Notes: a model not told the origin generated them from the letters alone. Shown: positions 1 to 8,627, counted from the stretch's first letter. The stretch is 30,132 bases of DNA from Halanaerobiales bacterium (GCA_021736965.1 JAIPEV010000001.1:1-30132), one strand, 5' to 3'. Numbers and translations are program-made.

Positions 1-6
1 TATTGT

Positions 7-22
7 TATTTGAGATTAAGAA
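7..22 (+). repeat. 16-bp direct repeat TATTTGAGATTAAGAA, copy 1 (copy 2 at 8910-8925)
   Basis: Exact match to 8910-8925, the leader between promoter P5 and the tRNA. Confidence 0.8.
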
Positions 23-34
23 AATTTAAAAAAG

Positions 35-70
35 TACTTGACATTAATTTTTTAGTGTATTAACTTGATA
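35..70 (+). repeat. 36-bp exact direct repeat containing promoter P1 (copy 2 at 1239-1274)
   Basis: TACTTGACATTAATTTTTTAGTGTATTAACTTGATA is identical at 35-70 and 1239-1274; similarity continues to the RBS. Confidence 0.95.
38..66 (+). promoter_or_regulatory. sigma70-type promoter P1
   Basis: TTGACA (38-43), 17-nt spacer, TAACTT (61-66), with an upstream A-tract. Confidence 0.85.
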
Positions 71-102
71 TTGTTAATTAAAATTAAATGAAAGGAATTG
101 TT

Positions 103-411
103 ATGCTAGGTAAAGAATACGTTAATTTTATAGTGAGTACAAACACATTGAAAATTGAAGCTGTATTGAATAGGATTGATTTATTTTTGGATAATGAGGA
201 TATTTATTCAAAAATAGATAAGGAATTAGCTGATAAATTAAAAAATCTAATTAAACAATGTAACCACTATTTAGACAAAGATTGCACTAATAGGGCCATA
301 TATGATTTGGATACAATTTTTGATATTATGAGTGAAATTGCACCAGAAAATTGTACTTTTGGTTATCATGCGTATAACGGCACTGATTTAGGATTTTGGT
401 ATTTTAAATAA
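103..411 (+). CDS. hypothetical phage protein with C-terminal IAPE..FG....G.D.GFW motif
   Basis: ORF track gives 88-411; the start was moved to ATG 103 because the AAAGGA RBS lies at about 91-96. Paralogous to the C-terminus of 457-1245. Confidence 0.8.
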   Translation: MLGKEYVNFIVSTNTLKIEAVLNRIDLFLDNEDIYSKIDKELADKLKNLIKQCNHYLDKDCTNRAIYDLDTIFDIMSEIAPENCTFGYHAYNGTDLGFWYFK

Positions 412-456
412 GCATATATGCTAATATTTTTTAATCTATAAATAAAGGAAAATATT

Positions 457-1245
457 ATGGAAACTGTATTAAATGAATTTAATGTAAGTAAAAAATTAGA
501 AAAATACGAAAACTTTTTAGATTATCATTTTGAGGATAGAGTAGATGCTTGTATCTTTGAAAGTTTATTTGAATATAGCTTAATTAGAAATCCTAAAAAT
601 AATCAAGTTATTACTGCTAAAAATTTTAATACTTATAACAATCCAGATTTTCAATTTTCTATTTCGTATATACATCAAGCTGATGTTAGATATGAATTAG
701 AACAAGTAGATAATGATTTCTTTACCTTCACTGGTCGGTCGCTTAAGCAACTAAATAAAGAAATTGAGGATAACCACTTAGCTAATTTTGTTTCGGCCAT
801 ACAGGCATATAACGGATCTTTTGATAGCTTATTTATTTATAACTCGTTATCTGAGATTGATTTAATTTCAGAAATTGAAAATAATATAATCAGATATAAG
901 TTACCAGTAGAATTTCAAAATATGGAATTTAGTATGGAAAACTCAACAGAAATTAGAATATCTGAATTTATAAATCTATTTACAAATATTAGAAATTTAC
1001 ATTCGTTTAAAGTTAATATATGTAAGGATATAGATAAAATAATCAAAAAATCCAATAGTTTACTGGATAAATTAAAATATGCTGATGGTGTAATTCAAAA
1101 AGCTGATGTAACTGCTGATATGTTTGCTATACTTGATTTAAAAATTATACCTTTATTAGATAAAATTGCACCAGCAGGATATAAATTTGGATATGATAAC
1201 TGTATAATACACAAAAATTTAGGATTTTATAAAAAAAATACTTGA
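457..1245 (+). CDS. hypothetical protein; C-terminal domain paralogous to 103-411
   Basis: AAAGGA RBS. Ends IAPAGYKFGY...LGFYKKNT; the stop TGA lies inside the TTGACA of P2. Confidence 0.85.
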   Translation: METVLNEFNVSKKLEKYENFLDYHFEDRVDACIFESLFEYSLIRNPKNNQVITAKNFNTYNNPDFQFSISYIHQADVRYELEQVDNDFFTFTGRSLKQLNKEIEDNHLANFVSAIQAYNGSFDSLFIYNSLSEIDLISEIENNIIRYKLPVEFQNMEFSMENSTEIRISEFINLFTNIRNLHSFKVNICKDIDKIIKKSNSLLDKLKYADGVIQKADVTADMFAILDLKIIPLLDKIAPAGYKFGYDNCIIHKNLGFYKKNT

Positions 1246-1270
1246 CATTAATTTTTTAGTGTATTAACTT
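1242..1270 (+). promoter_or_regulatory. sigma70-type promoter P2 (identical to P1)
   Basis: TTGACA 1242-1247, 17 nt, TAACTT 1265-1270. Confidence 0.85.
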
Positions 1271-1291
1271 GATACTGTTATTTAATTAAAC

Positions 1292-1307
1292 GAAAGGAAA
1301 CAAAATG
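1292..1307 (+). repeat. repeated RBS/start leader GAAAGGAAACAAAATG
   Basis: Exact copies at 1292, 4925, 5269 and 8389; variants at 5504 and 6934. Each ends in the ATG of a gene. Confidence 0.9.
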
Positions 1308-1673
1308 AAAATTTATTTAAATGTAATTCAAATTTTAGAGATTGATAGTTTGCTTGACAATCCAATTACAAGCCCTGAAACTAGCCCTTACAGTACAAAA
1401 ATATCTAAATCTATTAAAAAGAAATTTAATAAAAAAATAGTTAGATATACCAGAAACGGGCTTTTATTAAGAGATAATGAATTTAATTTTACCAATAAAG
1501 AATTAGATTTATTGCTAGAGTTAGCAGTAGATGGTTATATGAGTAATAAAAACTTTAATTTCGTTAGTGAGATGGAAACAGCTAAGGAATTAAAAGCCCT
1601 AATTAAGGAATTAAAAGAAAAAACTTACAGAAAAAACAAATTAATCCTTGATATTTATCAATATGGATTATAA
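1305..1673 (+). CDS. hypothetical protein
   Basis: 122-aa ORF directly behind P2 and the repeated leader. Confidence 0.8.
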   Translation: MKIYLNVIQILEIDSLLDNPITSPETSPYSTKISKSIKKKFNKKIVRYTRNGLLLRDNEFNFTNKELDLLLELAVDGYMSNKNFNFVSEMETAKELKALIKELKEKTYRKNKLILDIYQYGL

Positions 1674-1713
1674 ATTAGTATTGTTAATTGAAAACAAAAC
1701 AAAGGAATTTAAA

Positions 1714-2493
1714 ATGAGTAAAGAAAAAACAATCATTAAAAGATGTATTGAATTACCACTTTTCACTGGATTTTATGCTGGTGTCTTGAATTATGATAAT
1801 GAAAATTTAGTTAATTTGATAATAACACCAGATATATATGAAAAATGCTTGCAATATGTATCTGGAAGGTTTGAATCTGAATTATCAGATATTCTAGATG
1901 AGTTAGTATTTGATATGCTAGATTATACTAGCATTAATAAAGCACTAGCAAAACAAGCTAATGAAGCCGTTAGAGATATTCTTATAAGTGAAAATTTAGC
2001 TACTGATTTAAAATATGAAAAATTGTATCAACCATATGCTTATAACTTTGATAATGATAGAATAGATGCGGTTATAAGATTATCCAGTGATAATATTAAC
2101 ACAATTAAAAAGTTTATTAGTAAAACTTTTAAAGATTTTGAACAAGATGTTAAAGATACCTCTACAAGCAGGGACGGCTTTATTTCTTTTCATGAAAATA
2201 AAGCTGATAAAGATGTATGGAAAATTGATAATATTATTAAAAATCATGATAACGCAAAGCTTAAGTTTGTATTAAGTTTTATACTGAATAGATTAAATTA
2301 CTCATCTATTAGTATATTGTACTCAGATTATTATTGTTTACATACAGTTATATTAGAAAACTTATTACCCGAGTATAACACAAACAAAAAAATAGAAAAG
2401 TATCTGGTAAGTGAATTAAAAAAAGAAGGATACAATGATCCTTTAGCTGATACTGGATACTATAATGTTAATCAAACAAAAATTTTTAAATAA
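1714..2493 (+). CDS. conserved phage hypothetical protein (LPLFTGFY / YNFDNDRI / SRDGFISF motifs)
   Basis: Start moved from 1648 to ATG 1714 behind AAAGGA (1701-1706). The motifs resemble a recurrent phage early-gene family of unknown function (from recall). Confidence 0.8.
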   Translation: MSKEKTIIKRCIELPLFTGFYAGVLNYDNENLVNLIITPDIYEKCLQYVSGRFESELSDILDELVFDMLDYTSINKALAKQANEAVRDILISENLATDLKYEKLYQPYAYNFDNDRIDAVIRLSSDNINTIKKFISKTFKDFEQDVKDTSTSRDGFISFHENKADKDVWKIDNIIKNHDNAKLKFVLSFILNRLNYSSISILYSDYYCLHTVILENLLPEYNTNKKIEKYLVSELKKEGYNDPLADTGYYNVNQTKIFK

Positions 2494-2502
2494 GGAATTA
2501 AA

Positions 2503-2745
2503 ATGTATATTAAAATTATTTTTATTGATAAAGAAGCTGCTAAATTACCTTTAGAAATCTTAAAAGAAAGTAAAGTAAAATGTATAAAAGAGTTAAAAAA
2601 ATATTTCAATAAAAATGATTTGAAATATTATCCTACTGTACAAAAGTATAAAACAGAAAAAACTGATAAAGTATTTATCTGGAAACAGTATGTTTTAGTG
2701 TATAACTTTGATTTAGGCTATGTAAATCTTTATAAAGAAAAGTAA
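2503..2745 (+). CDS. hypothetical protein
   Basis: 80-aa ORF with TAAGGA RBS, tiling with its neighbours. Confidence 0.75.
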   Translation: MYIKIIFIDKEAAKLPLEILKESKVKCIKELKKYFNKNDLKYYPTVQKYKTEKTDKVFIWKQYVLVYNFDLGYVNLYKEK

Positions 2746-2762
2746 AGGTAAACTATTAATAA

Positions 2763-2806
2763 GCTAGTAAAGCTTGTTAAAATTGAAATTAGCAGGCTTT
2801 ACTAGC
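2763..2806. other. 18-bp intergenic RNA hairpin (processing site or terminator)
   Basis: GCTAGTAAAGCTTGTTAA (2763-2780) pairs with TTAGCAGGCTTTACTAGC (2789-2806); both non-Watson-Crick positions are G.U. No U-tract follows on the + strand. Confidence 0.7.
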
Positions 2807-2825
2807 AAACTTAAAGGATTTGATT

Positions 2826-3005
2826 ATGAAACTAATAAGATATTTTATACTAGTAGTTTTTATATTAATCACTGGAAGGTTTCTGTATCATGTAATTGAA
2901 AAGAATATAGTAGGTACTTACTTAATACTTGAAATAATAATTTTAGCAGTATTTTATTTTGTTTGCTGGTTTATTATTAACTATGTTTTTAAAGAAAGGA
3001 ATTAA
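2826..3005 (+). CDS. small membrane protein (2 predicted TM helices)
   Basis: Two hydrophobic stretches; AAAGGA RBS at 2813-2818 favours ATG 2826. Confidence 0.7.
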   Translation: MKLIRYFILVVFILITGRFLYHVIEKNIVGTYLILEIIILAVFYFVCWFIINYVFKERN

Positions 3006-3006
3006 A

Positions 3007-3369
3007 ATGAAATTAAAAGAATTTAAAAAATTAAATAAGTATAAGCTATTATCTGTTTTTGGTATTGTTTTAATTTTGATTAGCTTGTTTCTATTATTTA
3101 TTGATAGTACTGTTTTATTTGTAGTATTTTTCTTTGTAGGATATACTATAATTATTAAAGTTTCAGATATGCTAGATAGGAATGAAATATTTAGTATCAA
3201 TGAGTACGAAAAAATAATTATACAGGATAGTTTAGAAAACTCAGATATAATGAAGGGCTTTTATTTAAATGATTTAGCAGGCCAATTTACAGAAAAGCAA
3301 GTTAATAATATTTTACAGGCTAAACAAGCCCTAGAAACTAAATTTAATGTTAAAATAAAAGATAGTTAA
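3007..3369 (+). CDS. membrane protein (2 TM helices plus soluble C-terminus)
   Basis: Start moved from 2959 to ATG 3007 behind GAAAGGA. Hydrophobic segments LLSVFGIVLILISLFLLF and VLFVVFFFVGYTIII. Confidence 0.75.
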   Translation: MKLKEFKKLNKYKLLSVFGIVLILISLFLLFIDSTVLFVVFFFVGYTIIIKVSDMLDRNEIFSINEYEKIIIQDSLENSDIMKGFYLNDLAGQFTEKQVNNILQAKQALETKFNVKIKDS

Positions 3370-3403
3370 ATAATAATTTTTAACCTATAGACGGAGATAA
3401 AAA

Positions 3404-3865
3404 ATGAATATTGAAACTTTAGAAACGAAAAGAGAAGCTTTAAGAGTAGAGTATAATAAACTACAAAGTACAAAGCACCCGAAAGTAAATAAAGTAATTA
3501 GACAATTAACAAATATTAATAACCAAATACTTAGCTGGTATAAAGATAACATGTTAAAGATTGTAGAAGCTTATCCAAAGAATAAAATAAAATTACCTAG
3601 TAATATAATTAAGGATAAATCTAAAGATTGGATTTTATCTAGATTTAACATTAGTATTCCTGATGGTATGGTGTTTAGTAAAGCTAGGGAATACAAAGGC
3701 CAATCCATACCAGTAAGGTACAGGCAAACTATAGGGTATCTGGTAACAGGCTATTTAACAGTAAATAACAAGCTGTATAGTCAAGGCAATAAAGATTTTA
3801 ATTATTTAAAAAAGCATTATAAATTAAGACCTTATTCAGAAGCTAAAAAATTAATAAAGGATTAA
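3404..3865 (+). CDS. hypothetical basic protein
   Basis: 153-aa ORF with GGAG RBS. Confidence 0.8.
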   Translation: MNIETLETKREALRVEYNKLQSTKHPKVNKVIRQLTNINNQILSWYKDNMLKIVEAYPKNKIKLPSNIIKDKSKDWILSRFNISIPDGMVFSKAREYKGQSIPVRYRQTIGYLVTGYLTVNNKLYSQGNKDFNYLKKHYKLRPYSEAKKLIKD

Positions 3866-3870
3866 AAATA

Positions 3871-4371
3871 ATGATAGTACACTTAAGCGAATTGGATAAG
3901 ATAGATTTAGATTTAGAATATGAACAATATGTTAATTATAAACCTAATGGCTTATGGTATAGCTTTGATAATCTTTGGATAGATTTATGCAAAGAAGAAA
4001 TGAGTTATAGAATATCCATTAATGATAATATTTTTCTACTGAAACTTAATGATAAAAATATATATAAAATATATGATTATGATAGCTTTATATATTTTGT
4101 AGAAACTTATATAGATAATTCTGCTGAGTTTGACTATGAATTTCAAGGAATAGATTGGCCTTTAGTTTGTGAAAAATATGATGGAATAGAAATTAAAAAT
4201 TATTTTACATTAAGAGATGACTACGGGCTAGATAGATTTAGCTGGTTTTCCTCTTTAGATGTCCCTAGTGGTTGTGTTTGGAATTTAAATATTGTAGAGA
4301 TACTTAAAAGATATTCATATAAAGAATGGGAAAATAAAAAAATATATAACAGAAAGGTAAGATATGAGTAA
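3871..4371 (+). CDS. conserved viral hypothetical protein (KPxGLWxS / IDW..V...YDGI / DVxSGCxW), possible ADP-ribosyltransferase-like fold
   Basis: Motifs are visible in the translation; the fold assignment is inference. Confidence 0.75.
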   Translation: MIVHLSELDKIDLDLEYEQYVNYKPNGLWYSFDNLWIDLCKEEMSYRISINDNIFLLKLNDKNIYKIYDYDSFIYFVETYIDNSAEFDYEFQGIDWPLVCEKYDGIEIKNYFTLRDDYGLDRFSWFSSLDVPSGCVWNLNIVEILKRYSYKEWENKKIYNRKVRYE

Positions 4372-4864
4372 CAGGCAAAGCTCTATTTTTATAGGTAAAT
4401 ATCCATTTGCAAAGTGTCCTATTTGTAAGAATAACTCAATTGTAAAAAATAAAAATAAATATGGTAATATTGAATTAGAGTGTCCCGAGTGTAAATTAGA
4501 AACTGAATATATAAATTCAAGGTTATTTGTTATTAAACATGATACAGATGTTAATTGGGAAATTAGTTTTTCTGGTTTTGAAGGTTGCCCCTATTGCAAT
4601 TTTCAAAGAAAATGGGAAACAGACAATAAAACATATATCGATGGTATTGTCTATTGGAGCACTTATTGTAAGTTAGATAGGGTACAGGCTAGGGAATACT
4701 TTGTAATTGGCTTAAAATTGAAATTAGATAGGTTTATGCTGATTGGAAACAAAGAGTATTTAACAGATGAAATAAAAGAAAAATTGTACAAAAAACATAG
4801 GAAACATAAAGAAATAGTAGACAATTTATTAAATGATATAAATATAAATTATGATTTTTTTTAA
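4364..4864 (+). CDS. zinc-ribbon protein
   Basis: CPIC...CPEC and CPYC motifs; overlaps the previous stop (coupled). Confidence 0.8.
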   Translation: MSNRQSSIFIGKYPFAKCPICKNNSIVKNKNKYGNIELECPECKLETEYINSRLFVIKHDTDVNWEISFSGFEGCPYCNFQRKWETDNKTYIDGIVYWSTYCKLDRVQAREYFVIGLKLKLDRFMLIGNKEYLTDEIKEKLYKKHRKHKEIVDNLLNDININYDFF

Positions 4865-4873
4865 AATTATATC

Positions 4874-4902
4874 TTGACTTTTATTTTTATATGTTTTAGA
4901 TT
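4874..4902 (+). promoter_or_regulatory. sigma70-type promoter P3
   Basis: TTGACT 4874-4879, 17 nt, TAGATT 4897-4902, followed by the repeated leader. Confidence 0.8.
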
Positions 4903-4937
4903 GTAATTGTTATTTAAAAACAAAGAAAGGAAACAAA

Positions 4938-5285
4938 ATGGAAAATTACTTTTTAGAAATGATTAAGGAAACAGACGAAATATCAATGGATAATCTTTAC
5001 CGTACTAATGGCGGTGTTTATCTGGAGCTCCATGATAATCATACTGCTTGGCAAGTTAATCCAGTTAGTCAATTTTTTTATGATTATATTTTATTTGAAA
5101 AAATTAATGAGTTTAAAGAAAAAACAGGACAGGATATATATTTACTAGGCCGGAGTGGTAGACATGTTTGTATAGAAATGAATATGGATAATATTAAAAA
5201 TTTTAAAAAGTATCAAAAATTAGCTTTAAAACTAGAGCAGGATTTTATTAACGAGATTAATAAATCTGGAAAGGAAACAAAATGA
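4938..5285 (+). CDS. hypothetical protein (LLGRSGRH motif)
   Basis: Starts at the repeated leader; its stop overlaps the next ATG (ATGA). Confidence 0.85.
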   Translation: MENYFLEMIKETDEISMDNLYRTNGGVYLELHDNHTAWQVNPVSQFFYDYILFEKINEFKEKTGQDIYLLGRSGRHVCIEMNMDNIKNFKKYQKLALKLEQDFINEINKSGKETK

Positions 5286-5491
5286 GTAATAAATTTCATA
5301 AGAATTATGATAAGTGGTTAGCAGATTGTAGGAATGAATTAAAAAAAATGGGGTATGATCCTGCTGAGTGTGAAATTTGTGAAAGTGGTAAAGTATATTG
5401 GGGCGGTTCATTGGTAATTTCTGATATAGGATTTGTAACACCTTGGAAGGAAAGCAGACACTATACACCTTTAACTTGTTATAGTAATTAA
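5282..5491 (+). CDS. hypothetical protein
   Basis: Starts at a repeated leader copy (5269-5284). Confidence 0.8.
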   Translation: MSNKFHKNYDKWLADCRNELKKMGYDPAECEICESGKVYWGGSLVISDIGFVTPWKESRHYTPLTCYSN

Positions 5492-5515
5492 TATAATTTA
5501 AACGAAAGGAAAACT

Positions 5516-6319
5516 ATGTATTATGTACAATTTTTTAAAGAAAAAAATACTGGTAATTTAGTTTCGATACTTGGTTCAGACCAGAACAAAAAACTAGATG
5601 GTAGAAAAAATTTAGAAAATTTAAAGAAACAAGTAAAGAGTATTGTAAAAAAGTTAGATAATCCTTACATTGATGCTTATGAAATTAGGAAAGGTACTTT
5701 AAAAGATTATTCAGTTTTATTTAAAAAAGAACAAGTACTTTCTACAAAACAACAAGTGTATGTAAATGATTTATGTAATTTAATAAATACTCTTATTTCT
5801 AATAAAAAAGACCAAAATTTAGAAAACTTAAAGGACGCTTATGGATTATTGCCTGCTTGTCCTTATAAATATACGGCTAAATCTTGGGAAAAAAGTAATT
5901 TCTCTATAAAGGATATACTTAATAATTTTCTGGATAGAGATTCCATTTTAACAGGCGACGAAATTCAACAAATTGAAATTCTTAAAGATAAGATAAGAAA
6001 CTTTAGAAAAAATTTTATAGATGCTAAAGCACAAGTTATCTCTATTATTGAGTGTATAAGGAAAGGCCACTTGTACATTAATAGGTATCAGCTTTATAAA
6101 AATATAAATGAACAAACAATTGCTAAACAAAATTATCTTACCAGTGAGGAAACAAAAGAATTAAGACATTATATTGAAACTGAGTATAACAGGGCAATTC
6201 TTAAAAATTACCATACTAAAAAGTGTGATAATTGCGGTAAAATTACTATTGAATCAACTTATAATCTTAATTATGGTTTATGCAATATTTGCGTTAAAAA
6301 TATGGAAAGGGACATATGA
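5516..6319 (+). CDS. hypothetical protein with C-terminal zinc finger
   Basis: CDNCG...LCNIC near the C-terminus; leader variant GAAAGGAAAACTATG. Confidence 0.85.
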   Translation: MYYVQFFKEKNTGNLVSILGSDQNKKLDGRKNLENLKKQVKSIVKKLDNPYIDAYEIRKGTLKDYSVLFKKEQVLSTKQQVYVNDLCNLINTLISNKKDQNLENLKDAYGLLPACPYKYTAKSWEKSNFSIKDILNNFLDRDSILTGDEIQQIEILKDKIRNFRKNFIDAKAQVISIIECIRKGHLYINRYQLYKNINEQTIAKQNYLTSEETKELRHYIETEYNRAILKNYHTKKCDNCGKITIESTYNLNYGLCNICVKNMERDI

Positions 6320-6867
6320 GTTATAAAATTGAATTTGACAGAAAAATATTTTGGTTTGGTAGTGAATTAAGTAAAGATTATTTATTTTTTGTTGAAGAAG
6401 GCAGTAATAATATTATTGATAATACTACTGGTAAAATATCTAGAGATTGGGAACTTATCTGTATAGGGAAAGAATATGAACTTATGCAAGTTATTTGTAA
6501 AAGAGCAGGCTATACAGAAGGTAATATTTTAAGATACTCTAATGGAATAACCACACCAGAAAACTATATTAAAAAATATAGAAATCTAATAAAAAATGCA
6601 AAGCAGATTTATTATTTATTAGAGGATAGAACTCTTAAGCTAATTGTGTCTGTATATAATTTTGAGGATAGACTTGATTATGATAAAGAAAAAATAATGG
6701 AATACAGTAAATTATACAATGTTAAAAAAGAAGCTGGTAAAGATATTTATGATGAAACAGTTTATTATTTTAAAGTGATAATCAATAAAGAACAAGATTT
6801 ACAAACTTTTTTTAATTTAGCTTATTATCAAAAGCATTCTAGATTTTCTGCTAGATTTTTAAAATAA
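6316..6867 (+). CDS. hypothetical protein
   Basis: ATGA overlap, GAAAGG RBS, 183 aa. Confidence 0.8.
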   Translation: MSYKIEFDRKIFWFGSELSKDYLFFVEEGSNNIIDNTTGKISRDWELICIGKEYELMQVICKRAGYTEGNILRYSNGITTPENYIKKYRNLIKNAKQIYYLLEDRTLKLIVSVYNFEDRLDYDKEKIMEYSKLYNVKKEAGKDIYDETVYYFKVIINKEQDLQTFFNLAYYQKHSRFSARFLK

Positions 6868-6881
6868 TTTTAAGATTTTAC

Positions 6882-6910
6882 TTGACATTGTAAAATGTTA
6901 TCATTAGGTT
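6882..6910 (+). promoter_or_regulatory. sigma70-type promoter P4
   Basis: TTGACA 6882-6887, 17 nt, TAGGTT 6905-6910. Confidence 0.85.
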
Positions 6911-6947
6911 ATAATCGTTATTTAAAAATAAACGAAAGGGAAACAAA

Positions 6948-7601
6948 ATGGAATTTTTACAATTAATTGCCAAATCGGTTGATAAGTTTAGTGAAAATTT
7001 GTATATCTTTAAAGATAAAAAGATAGAAGGCAATGATTTAGCCGATGATAGATTTGTTATTGGAACTAGTAAACTAATGTACGAAACTAAAGATTATGAT
7101 AAAGCTGAGGAATTAATTTCTAAAATATCCAGTTATAAAAGTGTTATAAGACAGTTTGACAGGCTAGAAAATTACTATAGTTTGGAAAGTGTTTTTTATA
7201 AATTACAAAAAGGAAAGTTTTTTGTTCTTAAATTTAAGACAAAATATCAAGATATATCTGCTGATATTAAAGATATTTCTAATGGTATTAACAATAAAAG
7301 AAAATATTTTCCTTCAAATACACAAATAGAGACAAAAGCTATTGATACCGATTTATTTTGGTATTCTAAATATTTAAAAAAATATACTCAAGTTGTTATA
7401 ACAAAGGATAATATTCCTACAATAATAGACCCTTTATATATGGAAATATTTAAGAAAGCAGGGGGCTTGTATAGTACAAATATGAAGGATACTTTAATAA
7501 GCAAAGACCAAAATGTTATAGCTGTTCCTGAACTATCAGACGATCAATATAATTTTGATTGTATTTCAAAAGATGGTTATTATTATATAACTAAAAAGTA
7601 A
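6948..7601 (+). CDS. hypothetical protein
   Basis: 217 aa behind P4 and leader variant GAAAGGGAAACAAAATG. Confidence 0.85.
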   Translation: MEFLQLIAKSVDKFSENLYIFKDKKIEGNDLADDRFVIGTSKLMYETKDYDKAEELISKISSYKSVIRQFDRLENYYSLESVFYKLQKGKFFVLKFKTKYQDISADIKDISNGINNKRKYFPSNTQIETKAIDTDLFWYSKYLKKYTQVVITKDNIPTIIDPLYMEIFKKAGGLYSTNMKDTLISKDQNVIAVPELSDDQYNFDCISKDGYYYITKK

Positions 7602-7611
7602 AGGAATTAGA

Positions 7612-7839
7612 ATGTATCAATTTTTATCTAGAATTACAGGATTTAGTTTTGAGGAAACTATAAAACTTTTTTTAAAAGTTAAAGAAATGAAAACTGAGGA
7701 TTTACAGGAATGGTTAGAAAGCTCTAAACAGGGGATAAACTATTCTACAAAAGTAAGAACAAAAAGAATGATAGTAATTGATGAGTTAATCAAAAGAAAA
7801 GAAATTAAAAATAAAGGAATTAAATCATGCAACAAATAA
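7612..7839 (+). CDS. hypothetical protein
   Basis: AAAGGA RBS, 75 aa. Confidence 0.7.
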   Translation: MYQFLSRITGFSFEETIKLFLKVKEMKTEDLQEWLESSKQGINYSTKVRTKRMIVIDELIKRKEIKNKGIKSCNK

Positions 7840-8129
7840 TTGAAATAGATAATTTTAATAATTTTAAAGAAGGTGATTTGGTAAGATTTAAGGATGATCA
7901 CCATAATTATACTAGGATAGGAATTATTCTGAAAAAATATGATGATAAAATAGAATTAATAACAAAATTCTATGATAAACAAAGACATATGAAAATAGAA
8001 ATTAGAAGCAACAATAGCATAATTTCAATAATGTATTTGGCAGACTTTAGCTTTGCAATAACAGGGAAAATTATAGAGCATAACGCAAAGAAACAATTAG
8101 CAAACTTAATCGGTAATTATATAGAATAA
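7827..8129 (+). CDS. hypothetical protein, KOW/SH3-like N-terminus
   Basis: FKEGDLVRF...IGII pattern; AAAGGA RBS. Confidence 0.75.
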   Translation: MQQIIEIDNFNNFKEGDLVRFKDDHHNYTRIGIILKKYDDKIELITKFYDKQRHMKIEIRSNNSIISIMYLADFSFAITGKIIEHNAKKQLANLIGNYIE

Positions 8130-8142
8130 TAAAAGAATTATT

Positions 8143-8430
8143 ATGAGTATAAAGATAATAAAGAAAATTAGCGAAAAGGAAATTTTAAAAGCTATTGAAA
8201 ATAAAGATATTATAAGAAAAAGCGATGGTAAGCCGAATGAGTTTTGGAAAAGTTTAGTTGTTCTAGATATTATAGGATATGATATTGTGAGTATTAAAAA
8301 TTCTACAAAAGCTAATAAGCTAATTGAAAAAGAAAAAAAAGAAACAAAGAACTTTTTAATTATGTTAATAATTATTTTAAATAAAAAAGAAAGGAAACAA
8401 AATGTATTTAATTTTAATTCTAGAAAATAA
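8143..8430 (+). CDS. hypothetical protein (3' end possibly frameshifted at an A8 run)
   Basis: The 0-frame overlaps the next gene by 29 nt; a -1 shift at 8333-8340 gives a stop at 8382-8384. Confidence 0.65.
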   Translation: MSIKIIKKISEKEILKAIENKDIIRKSDGKPNEFWKSLVVLDIIGYDIVSIKNSTKANKLIEKEKKETKNFLIMLIIILNKKERKQNVFNFNSRK

Positions 8431-8626
8431 TGAGATTAATCCAGATTTTACAAAGGTAACAGATAGCTATGATAAAGCTTTTGAATACATGGTTAAAACT
8501 GCTAAAGATGATTTTGATTTAGAATTTGATACTAGTAAAAATTGTTTAGAAATTGAAAAAGAAATAAAGGAAGAGCTAGAATTTACTAAACAAAATATTA
8601 GTATCCATTATATCCAAAAGGTGTAA
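8402..8626 (+). CDS. small acidic hypothetical protein
   Basis: Starts at an exact leader copy (8389-8404); 17 D/E versus 9 K in 74 aa. Confidence 0.8.
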   Translation: MYLILILENNEINPDFTKVTDSYDKAFEYMVKTAKDDFDLEFDTSKNCLEIEKEIKEELEFTKQNISIHYIQKV

Positions 8627-8627
8627 T

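Noticed and set aside
411-422. 12-bp palindrome AGCATATATGCT just after the first gene
   Set aside because: It is a single AT-rich copy with no repeat near other promoters, so it cannot be supported as an operator.
5472-5518. TAACTT followed by a leader variant, resembling a half promoter
   Set aside because: There is no -35 box at 17-nt spacing, and it lies within the end of a CDS.
8349-8388. AT-rich stretch resembling a decayed promoter module
   Set aside because: It is better explained as coding sequence in the -1 frame of gene 8143.
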